Shown here piece by piece: positions 56,901 through 64,000 of a stretch of 64,000 nucleotides of DNA. Each line of letters begins with the position of its first letter. Position 1 is the stretch's first letter. Position numbers and translations under genes: made by a program. The stretch covers positions 12,917,777-12,981,776 of the forward strand of contig CM082582.2 in the NCBI GenBank assembly GCA_040954595.2. Direction: 5' to 3'. The notes under the pieces were generated by a model. The model had not been told where the DNA came from, made no database searches, and saw nothing but the letters and a program-made list of their open reading frames with translations. This DNA comes from Balanoglossus misakiensis (taxonomy: Eukaryota > Animalia > Hemichordata).

Positions 56901-59900
56901 CAACGCATGTGTGAACAATCCATGCCAAAACTCGGGTGTGTGTAGACCATCTTCTGGATCGTGTGTTGCCTACAACTGCGAATGTCCAAGTTGTTACTAT
57001 GGCGGTCACTGTCAATTCTGTGAGTACAAGTTTTTATTTCAGGAGGCAAAGATGTTCTAGTATTCCTTTGAAGTGTAAAAAGTTTGTTGTGAGGTTTCAT
57101 CTAAATGTAAAACTATTGATGTTTTGTATTGTATGGTATGTGTTGATATAGAATAGCCTGAAATTTACTTTTTATGTGGTTGTTGAATGCTCCCAACATG
57201 GATGTGGCATTCTTTAGAGTGTGATCCTTCTTTCATTTTTTGTCTAAACATTGTTTTTTTTTTCTTGCTGAATTTGTTGCAGTTGTTGCACAGCAGTGTC
57301 AACAGAATCCTTGCCAGAATGGTGGTGTGTGTATTGCTGTACCCGGTTCCTGTAATGACTATACATGCCGATGTAGTGGATGCTATACTGGACCAAACTG
57401 TCAAACATGTAAGAAGATTAACTAAACCCTGTTTATCCCAGAACAATATATATACTGTTGTGTGTGTTTGGCGTAAGTGCTAGCTTTCAGAGAAGTCAAA
57501 TTTTATGGGAATCCAACTGTGGTCACAACAGCCATTTACACTAAGTTCTGTTCTCGGCATCAATGACTTAACTTCCTGATCTAGTTCTCTGCTAATATAT
57601 TATAAAGGAAAATGGAATGTGTTACCAGTAATTTATGGACAGGTTTCCATAACTTGAGCATCTGTTGACTGTTTCTTTTCAACCACAGATAGCCAGAATG
57701 CCTGTACTAACAACCCTTGTCAGAATGGTGGGGCGTGCATTCCGAGTTCCACCAACTGTCAAGTCTACACATGTCAGTGCCAACAATGCTATCGAGGATA
57801 CGATTGCCAGTTCTGTAAGTACATATGTCCTTTTCCATTTTTATTAATCCTTAGAAAATGGTGATGTGTTAAAGGTAAACAGTCACTTCCAATATACCTA
57901 TGTATGGCTACAATGGTCTTCAAATGTGTTAATTGGTGCACTTATTTTTTCACGTGTGTCACCCACTGAACATGTGGTTTTTGATGTATCATAATATATG
58001 TTATCTGTATTTGTGTAGTGGTGCAAACCCAGTGTGCACAGAACCCGTGCCAGAATAATGGAGTATGCATAGCCAGTCCTAACTCATGTACAAGCTTTGT
58101 TTGCCAATGCCAAGGGTGCTTTACAGGACCAACCTGTGACACACGTAAGTAGTATAAAGAGATCTGTTATCAATCTTCTGAAAATTGTAAAACTCAAGAT
58201 GAATTATCACTGCTTTAATTTAACTGGATGATTTTTGGAGAAAATGACAGCTACTGCCTCATGGCTTGATTCATGATGTTGTTGTTGTATGTATTCTAGC
58301 AACCATAGTTATGGTTATTGTGCAGTCCACATAATTTTCATGTTGTCAATCTCTCTGTAGCAATTGCTGATCCATGTGCACCTAACCCTTGTATGAATGG
58401 TGGAAACTGCATGCGAAGAGGTTCCTCTTGCACTGACTACGTCTGTTCATGTCCGTCATGTTTCACAGGACTGCAGTGTCAGACAGGTCAGTTACAGATA
58501 ACCTTATCATTTCAAAACATTTGTATCTTGAATCAAACTACTAGATATTAAGTCCATGCAGTATTGCTACATTCATAGTGATTCCATTCCTAGAAATTGT
58601 ATATGTTACATTTGATTTGAGGTCCAATTACTGAATTGTGTTCTGAAACTAGGTTTTCCATGCGTCAAAATACTTTTAAACATTTCTCCTAAATACCATG
58701 ACAATATTTGTTTCGTATAACGACCATAGAAAAAGAAACATTGATGAACTGTTATGTTGTTGCTGACATTGTTTTCTCAATTCTGTCTTTTATACCACAG
58801 ATATTACCTGGATAAATATTCAGTGTCGATAGTATTTTGTATTAGTTTCATAATTTTGCATTATAAACTTGCTTCATCTATTGGTAGTATAGTTCGCCAC
58901 TAATCAAAATTGTATTTGTCATGTTTATCGACATATTGAAAAATTGCCTTTAAGTTTTATGATTTCACAGCATATTAGTTGCATTTTACTTCAGGTGTCA
59001 TATTTCCTGCATGTCATGAAAAGACAGACAAAATAATATTGCATTATTTTATATTGCTTTTTTCCAGAATAATAGACTCTACCTATGTAAGTAAAGATGG
59101 TGACCTGCTTGTAATGCAGTTTCAATTATCTTTTAGATTACAGCGATGAAGAAGCATATTGGTAATTTAGTGACCAGAATTGAAAATGTTTTCATTTACT
59201 TTTGTCTTAACATAATAATTATTTATTTTCATATATAAATTATGTTATATGTGAAGCTCAAGGATAATGGTTTATGCCATCGCTGTTTACATCTAGTCTG
59301 ATATCTGTCATTCTGATCCTATCTTTCTTGTCTTTTCTCTCATTTCTAAATCACTTAGTTCATCACTTCACCATCTGCAAGTATGTGTGTGTGCATGCAT
59401 GTATATGTTCATTCTGTTTGTATATGTGTATGTGTGGAAATTGAAAGAAATACCAGGGACACTTTGGAAAGAAGTGTTTCATTGCTTACCCTGCAGTATC
59501 TTCTCTTTCTAGTTATCAATGCCTGTGATAATAACCCATGTCAGAATGGTGCTGCATGCACTACAGTGACTGGTTCCTGCACCTTCTATACATGCTCTTG
59601 CATAGGCTGTTACAGTGGAACAAATTGTGGTACTCGTAAGTCACACATTTGGGTTTGCTATGCTTTCCTTTTTTATTTTGCTTTATTTTGATATTCTTTG
59701 CTTTTTTTTAGTGCAAGGTCCTGCCTTGTAATCGTGCTCAGAAAAAAACTTCAAAACGATATAAAAATATGATGCTTAATGCTTCTGCCAATGCTGCTTC
59801 TGTATTTTTATAGCTATTGCCGATCCTTGCCTTGCTAACCCATGCCAGAATGGTGGTATTTGCTCTAGAGTAGCTGGTACTTGCACACAATATTCTTGTA

Positions 59901-62900
59901 GTTGTCCTGATTGCTTTGTGGGACCAAGCTGCCAGTTTGGTAAGTTGCCTCCTCTCTTGGAATTGTCTTGTCTATTGCCACCTACTAGTAACTTTTTCCA
60001 TACTGTCCAGACTAACATCTGTTTGTTATGACCATCATTTCAACTGCGTCTTCACTTTCCCTCATATATGGTCTATAAGCCCTTATCCTGTCCAGACTCT
60101 ATGGCACTGTTGGTGATTAACCATTATCCTGTCCGAACTCTATGACACTGTTGGAGGAAACCTAGAACACCATTTTTGTTATTGTTAACTCTGCCAATAC
60201 TGGAGATCTCACTCTGTGAATCCAAGACTGATCTTGTTTATCAGGGATTGTGAAAGTGGAGAGGACAGAAGTCCAGCCAAGAGACAGCTACAAACGTTGA
60301 CAGCCATGTCATTCATCCTATCAGTTACAGAATTCAGTTCTTGATGTACTTCCAGAAGTATCACCGAAGGGCAAAACATCGTTAACAATCACAATTTCCT
60401 CCACAAATTTTCTTCTTCAGGTGTATCTGGGATCAATGTCTATCTGTCAGATGTATCATAAGAATTTCTACTCATCCATCACATGTGATGTGTTTTCCTT
60501 TACACGTATTTCAACTCTTATTTTACTTGATGTAACTATCTTTACCTTTTTTCTTTCTTCTTTTGATGTGTGTAGCACTCACAAATCCCTGTATTAACTC
60601 TCCCTGTATGAACGGTGGTGCTTGTTCACAAGTGAGTGGATCCTGCTCACAATACCAATGCACATGTACTTCATGTTTCCGTGGTCCTAATTGTGAATCT
60701 GGTATGTATTTCTTTGACAAACATAACTGAAAATAGTTCATATGTCAATTTCTTCATGTACTTTAAATGGACAAAGAGGCATTAAGTGCTGTGGCTAATT
60801 TTTGATTGTGCATGTTTGGCAGGAAACCCTCGTTTCCCAATACATGTGAAGCGCAGTTGGCCACTTATGAATCCCGGTGTTGTGTACACCGAGTTACAAA
60901 CCTAGTTCTCTTTTGTTGCTATAACATGAATTGTTTGTGACTGAAAAACAATCACAGCAAAATGTATGAGCATAAAGTGTGATAAAAGTCACTCACTGCC
61001 CTGTTTATGGTGTACATTTCAAAAGTGAACTTGGCTGAAGCTCTTGTCATTTATTTTCAGCAATACCCAGCCCATGTCAACCAAATCCATGTTTGAATAA
61101 CGGAGCCTGTTCTGTCAGTCCCAATGATTGCTACACTTTCGTCTGTACATGTCCATCAGGATACACTGGAAGTCATTGTCATATCAGTAAGTGGAAATAA
61201 ACATTCAACACACACATTTAATAAATATTAAATGCCAGAATTTCACACCAAGGGAACCAATAAACAGTTTTCTGTGTAGAAGGATGAACTTTGAAAAAAA
61301 TGATTGCATGGCTGAAATATGTCTTTGCACATGTTCTGTGGCAGTAACATCAATTTATTTCAAATTTACGCACTTAAGCCCAGAGAATACAGCATGTCCA
61401 AGACAAAAGTAACACATTTTATTGCAATATCAGTTTACACTGACTGATTTTTTCCCTTTGTGATACAGCCATCAACGCTTGCACCGGTACTACATGTCTG
61501 AATGGTGGTACTTGCATCCCAACACAAACTGGATACTCTTGTCAGTGTGTGACAGGTTACACAGGAACCAACTGTCAGACCAGTAAGTCACAGTGTTTTT
61601 ATTTCTTTATCTGTTGTCATCTGAAAGTCATTTGCTATTGGTAGTTTCCTCTCTGAAAAGAATGGGCAGATAAAAAAATCATGTAAGTTGTACATTGCGA
61701 AAATGTTATTTCCTGAATAACTGATCCCCCTCATAAGTGCTTGTGTAAAATATCAGCCACACTAAACATCCATTTTTGTGATTTTATTCTTTACAGTTGT
61801 GGCAAACCCATGCAACAGCAGTCCATGTCAGAACGGTGGTGCCTGCCAGAACTTGCAAACATCATATCAGTGTGTATGTCAACAAAACTACATTGGAACA
61901 AACTGTGAAATCTGTAAGTTGAGATGACAACCTCTTGAATATATGTAGTAATTGCTATAAGTTTTAAGTCTTGCTGTGAGAGAAACTTAGTGACTGTTAG
62001 TGACTACTTTCAGTGTCTTTATAGAGGCACAGTGAAATACACAAATTGAAACCATGTTTTATCTTGTTGATAAATTTAATATATGATTGTAGCGACTAGC
62101 ATGCCGAGAAAAGGTAAATTATCTTTCTCATAAATATGATCAAAGTTTATCTGTATTCACCCTATTTTAATCCTTCATGTTTGTGATTATTTATGTCATT
62201 TTGTCTGTTCTGTGTTTCCTGCAGACATCTTCAGTCCATGCAGTAGCAATCCTTGTATCAATGGTGGAACCTGTCTAAATCTTAACAACGCGTATATCTG
62301 CAACTGTCTGCCGCAATTTACAGGCGACAATTGTCAGACTGGTATGTATTGCTTTAACACTATTGTACACATTTTTCTACAGTACTTGGAGAGGTGTAGT
62401 CATTTGCAAAATCAAATATTCTTTATTTAAACTGTCAGTGTTATGTAATATATTTTCCAGGTGTCACTCTCAATCCATGTGCTACTAATCCATGTTTAAA
62501 TGATGGTACTTGTGTTGCAACCAGTACAACATCTTATCGGTGTCAGTGTCTATCTGGTTATACTGGATCAAACTGTCAAACTGGTATGTGAAAGAAAATA
62601 TTTACATTGCCACATAAGAAAATTACTTTTACTCTTTAACTTTGTTCATACCATGTTATCTTTAACATGTTTTTGTGAGTGAGAAATTACACAAAGTCAT
62701 CCTAACCACAGTTGTCTCTAATACAACACAATATCACAATCTTCTTTGATGGAAATATGACGATAACAAGTGTGCAGTGTTCTGCTAATGTCATTTCTGT
62801 GTTTAATTCAGTAATTACCAACCCGTGTGCTAACAATCCATGTTTGAATGGTGGTAATTGTGTGGTCACTAGCACAAACACTTATCAATGTCAGTGTCCA

Positions 62901-63975
62901 TCTGGTTTTACTGGATCAAACTGTCAAACTGGTACGTGAAAGATGTACACTTAAAATTATTCTCAAAATATGTTCATGCTCATTTATATTCACTTCTTCA
63001 CAGAATGTTAACTTCATTGATTTTCATGTCTAATTTTCACTGCGCTATTAAAATGAAACATTTAGTACTGTGATATACCGGTACATGTAACCACTATAGT
63101 TCTCATGTGTGCTGTGATCTTACGTCTATTTTGTGTTTACTTCAGTTGTAACCACCCCGTGTGCTAACAGTCCATGTTTGAATGGTGGTATTTGCACTGC
63201 AACTGGCACAAGCACTTATCAATGCGAGTGTCCATCTGGTTACACTGGGTTGAACTGTCAAACTGGTAAGTGAAAGATGAACACTTAAAATTGTTCTCAA
63301 AATATGTTCATGCTCATTTATATACAAACTGTCAAACTGGTAAGCTGTGGGTGATGTCAAACACCTAAATCAGAATTCTTGTTTTTAATTATCCATGTCT
63401 TTCTTATTAATTGAATTCTTATTATTTACTACGACTGTATCAAGCATTCTTCATTGTGTAACATGCACATTGAACTCTGTTCAGTCTCCCAGTGTCCTAT
63501 ATTACATCTACATTTTGTTATATTTCTGCAACATTGCTGCATTGTAAAAATATTGTGGCATTGTTCAACATTATACTGTTACAACATTGGCCAACCACAA
63601 TACACAGGTCCTGTAGGTATAAACTCTTGATTACACATCAGCTTGTTTATTGATATTTTTCCTGTCCACTACACTCCTACCAGTGATCGGTAACCCATGC
63701 AGTACCAGTCCTTGCCTCAATGGAGCTACATGTCTCAATATGCAAACCTATTACATCTGCATATGTCCATCTGACTACCTTGGTGTCAACTGTCAGACAT
63801 TAGAAGGTATGTATACCCAAGATTAAACCTCCTTTAGAGTCTGCCGCGCATATGTGTTTAGATTTTTGAAGACTTTCACACAGCTTCTTTTAGTGATCTT
63901 GTTTCTCTTATCCACAAAGATGGTTGTTGCGGTATGCAAATGGAGAATGGCAAAAGGTGTGAAAGAACAATGTGA
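9029..63975 (+). CDS. Giant secreted fibropellin-like protein: signal peptide - EGF - CUB - 112 EGF-like repeats (mostly 8-Cys variant); about 116 exons, about 4,800 aa; 3' end uncertain
   Basis: All internal exons have AG...GT (one GC) boundaries, are phase 1-1 and are multiples of 3 (EGF exons 114-135 nt). Splicing them in order gave no stop codon in my manual read. SP-EGF-CUB-(EGF)n is the N-terminal architecture of sea urchin fibropellins, but with far more repeats. Confidence 0.9.
10759..10890 (+). CDS. Exon 2: N-terminal 6-Cys EGF-like domain
   Basis: [44 protein letters not shown]; tttcag / G|gtaatg; 132 nt. Confidence 0.85.
11017..11397 (+). CDS. Exon 3: divergent CUB domain
   Basis: [24 protein letters not shown] and [16 protein letters not shown] match CUB hallmarks (SPNYP; F-x-[ST]-D...GF); ttctag / G|gtaagt; 381 nt. 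Confidence 0.88.
11504..11588. mobile_element. Small hairpin element, related to 12661-12735
   Basis: Both have GCCTTCG...CGAAGGC inverted arms and TAGTCTAGAACCTAGCC / GGCTAGGTTCTATACTA-type ends. Confidence 0.45.
11731..11993. repeat. (TAGA)n/(CAGA)n microsatellite
   Basis: Direct tetranucleotide run of about 260 bp. Confidence 0.97.
12661..12735. mobile_element. Small hairpin element, related to 11504-11588
   Basis: TAGTCTAGAACCTAGCCTTCGTGTTTT...AAAATACGAAGGCTTGCTTCGAGA. Confidence 0.45.
12965..13081 (+). CDS. Exon 4: 7-Cys EGF (extra Cys only between C5 and C6); start cap of the array
   Basis: [39 protein letters not shown]; tag / G|gtaaaa; 117 nt. Confidence 0.9.
13629..25276 (+). CDS. 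Exons 5-22: eighteen 8-Cys EGF exons
   Basis: 13629-13748, 14788-14922, 15353-15475, 15780-15896, 16722-16844, 17184-17312, 18254-18376, 18741-18857, 19770-19892, 20256-20378, 20886-21008, 21355-21474, 22777-22908, 23175-23291, 23432-23554, 23864-23986, 24447-24569, 25160-25276. Consensus [DN]PC-x4-CQNxxxC-x(4-9)-C-xx-[YF]-x-C-x-C-xx-C-[YF]-x-G-xx-C. Confidence 0.9.
13766..13891. mobile_element. 126-bp fold-back MITE with 9-bp target-site duplication (Mutator-like TSD length)
   Basis: Almost perfect palindrome CAATCTGATTAAAATCAGATGTAGGGAACGGCGACATG...CATGTCGCCGTTCCCTACATCTGATTTTAATCAGATTG, flanked by ACACCAACC at 13757-13765 and 13892-13900. Confidence 0.85.
16885..16962 (+). mobile_element. 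TTAA MITE family, decayed copy
   Basis: TTAACCTGTTCATGGCCATATGGTTTGGTCC...GACCTCTATAGGAGGG...GTGTTAA. Confidence 0.5.
18960..19400. repeat. Decayed 11-bp minisatellite (consensus about ACTGGGCTAGC)
   Basis: Recurrent units such as actgggcaagc, attgggctacc, agtgggcaagc, attgggttagt, actgggctagc, gctgggctaac. Confidence 0.65.
20838..20862. repeat. (CT)n microsatellite within a splice-acceptor pyrimidine tract
   Basis: Direct observation. Confidence 0.9.
21495..21587 (+). mobile_element. TTAA MITE family copy
   Basis: TTTACCCTTTCACTGCCATGGTTTAGTCCAAACCCATTGTTTTC...GGAAGGGTTAA, colinear with 2643-2735. Confidence 0.7.
23998..24361. repeat. Compound tetranucleotide microsatellite (TTCA/TCCA/TGCA/CTCA)n
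   Basis: Direct observation; the TTCA-TCCA-TGCA-CTCA block order occurs twice. Confidence 0.97.
25836..35139 (+). CDS. Exons 23-49: twenty-seven 8-Cys EGF exons
   Basis: 25836-25958, 26150-26272, 26413-26535, 26689-26811, 27551-27673, 27964-28080, 28416-28538, 28657-28779, 29066-29188, 29399-29521, 29648-29770, 29897-30019, 30280-30402, 30720-30842, 31110-31232, 31435-31557, 31673-31795, 31910-32032, 32319-32441, 32649-32771, 32964-33086, 33390-33512, 33714-33836, 34102-34224, 34347-34469, 34770-34892, 35017-35139. Confidence 0.9.
36792..47002 (+). CDS. Exons 50-77: twenty-eight 8-Cys EGF exons
   Basis: 36792-36914, 37274-37396, 37574-37696, 38073-38195, 38364-38480, 38701-38826, 38986-39108, 39256-39378, 39586-39708, 39876-39998, 40264-40386, 40517-40639, 40848-40970, 41179-41301, 41555-41677, 41845-41967, 42257-42379, 42524-42652, 43031-43153, 43551-43673, 43869-43991, 44195-44317, 44732-44860, 45106-45228, 45378-45500, 45654-45776, 46020-46142, 46880-47002. 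Confidence 0.9.
36939..37030 (-). mobile_element. TTAA MITE family copy, inverted
   Basis: TTAACCCTTTT...GAAAACAATGGATATGGACCAAACCATAGTAGTGAAACGATTAA is the reverse complement of the family pattern. Confidence 0.55.
38574..38651 (-). mobile_element. TTAA MITE family copy, inverted
   Basis: AAACAATGAGTTTGGACTGAACCATGGTGGTGAAAG is the reverse complement of the 5' part of copy 1 with one mismatch. Confidence 0.6.
41005..41039. repeat. (TTCA)n microsatellite
   Basis: Direct observation. Confidence 0.9.
42894..42993 (+). pseudogene. Decayed 8-Cys EGF pseudo-exon
   Basis: GAT-CA-TGC-AAT...AAC-CA-TGT remnants, then [12 protein letters not shown](+1 nt)QCTSPC; frameshifted, no splice sites. Confidence 0.5.
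47271..47629. repeat. Intronic tandem duplication of about 170 bp (47271-47440 and 47459-47629)
   Basis: Colinear copies GTAGTTA...TTTGAACTCATCACTC...TTAGAAAAGATTATC..AAATGATGTAA with scattered substitutions. Confidence 0.85.
47855..60701 (+). CDS. Exons 78-107: thirty 8-Cys EGF exons
   Basis: 47855-47977, 48414-48536, 48790-48912, 49231-49353, 49618-49743, 49892-50014, 50221-50343, 50521-50643, 50839-50961, 51162-51284, 51488-51610, 51941-52069, 52844-52969, 53206-53331, 53488-53613, 53790-53915, 54165-54290, 54502-54630, 54840-54965, 55175-55300, 56209-56334, 56638-56763, 56894-57019, 57283-57408, 57689-57814, 58019-58144, 58361-58486, 59513-59635, 59814-59939, 60576-60701. Confidence 0.9.
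48380..48405. repeat. (CAA)n microsatellite
   Basis: Direct observation, immediately upstream of the acceptor at 48413. Confidence 0.9.
48934..49122. mobile_element. Decayed TIR element (ACTGTAAAAC... ends)
   Basis: Starts CACTGTAAAACTGGAAATTTTCG and ends CGCGTTAATTTCCTGTTTTA; similar left ends at about 14251 and 41363. Confidence 0.4.
60421..60513 (+). pseudogene. Decayed EGF pseudo-exon with intact acceptor
   Basis: ttcttcttcag acceptor, DQCLSVRC-like start and TCDVFS(F)T(R)IS, where TTT and CGT are single changes from TGT; frameshifted, no donor. Confidence 0.4.
61061..61186 (+). CDS. Exon 108: 7-Cys EGF (extra Cys only in the C3-C4 hairpin); end cap of the array
   Basis: [42 protein letters not shown]; ttttcag / A|gtaagt; 126 nt; canonical CPSGY is restored. 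Confidence 0.9.
61469..63806 (+). CDS. Exons 109-115: seven canonical 6-Cys Notch-type EGF exons
   Basis: 61469-61582, 61797-61913, 62225-62341, 62461-62583, 62812-62931, 63146-63265, 63684-63806; e.g. [36 protein letters not shown]. Confidence 0.9.
63920..63975 (+). CDS. Candidate terminal coding exon [18 protein letters not shown]
   Basis: Pyrimidine tract plus aag acceptor ending at 63919; phase-1 frame open to TGA 63973-63975. AAG acceptors also occur at 30279 and 38072. The window ends 25 nt later, so this may instead be intron. Confidence 0.35.
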
Positions 63976-64000
63976 AAACAGTTCTGCTGAAAGTATAGTT

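Noticed and set aside
13629-60701. Dscam-like mutually exclusive exon cluster
   Set aside because: I saw no conserved docking or selector sequences, all introns are long enough to splice, and in-order junction codons avoid stops, which favours co-inclusion. It cannot be formally excluded without transcripts.
41250-60741. Minus-strand ORFs with recurring PPFWHG/HWQ motifs
   Set aside because: Antisense shadows of the EGF codons (TGC CAG AAT GGT GG).
13629-63806. Dozens of small Cys-rich ORFs read as a cluster of separate peptide or toxin genes
   Set aside because: Each EGF segment is bounded by splice sites in the same phase; the ORF starts and tails are intron read-through, and there is only one signal-peptide exon.
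9029-63975. Calling the gene Notch, Crumbs, fibrillin, laminin or a true fibropellin orthologue
   Set aside because: No LNR, ankyrin, laminin-G, TB, transmembrane or avidin domain is visible, and the Cys spacing differs from laminin LE modules. No gene symbol is assigned.

Overview
AT-rich animal genomic DNA, probably an invertebrate deuterostome (echinoderm or hemichordate; inferred from the domain style, not proven). The ORF track is mostly uninformative because the genes are spliced. There are two + strand genes. (1) The 3' end of GPATCH1 (five coding exons, 274-4929). (2) A giant secreted fibropellin-like gene from an ATG at 9029 to about the window end. By my manual read it has a signal-peptide exon, one EGF exon, a divergent CUB exon, then 112 single-EGF phase-1 exons (roughly 4,800 aa in total), and possibly a short Cys-rich terminal exon. 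The main observation is the cysteine pattern. 103 consecutive EGF modules carry 8 Cys: the canonical 6, one extra in the C3-C4 hairpin and one extra between C5 and C6. The run opens with a 7-Cys module that has only the C5-C6 extra Cys and closes with a 7-Cys module that has only the hairpin extra Cys. This is the pattern expected if each module is disulfide-bonded to the next, giving a covalently locked rod of about 105 domains. That structure is an inference and needs testing. The introns hold MITEs, microsatellites, decayed EGF pseudo-exons and traces of tandem exon duplication.
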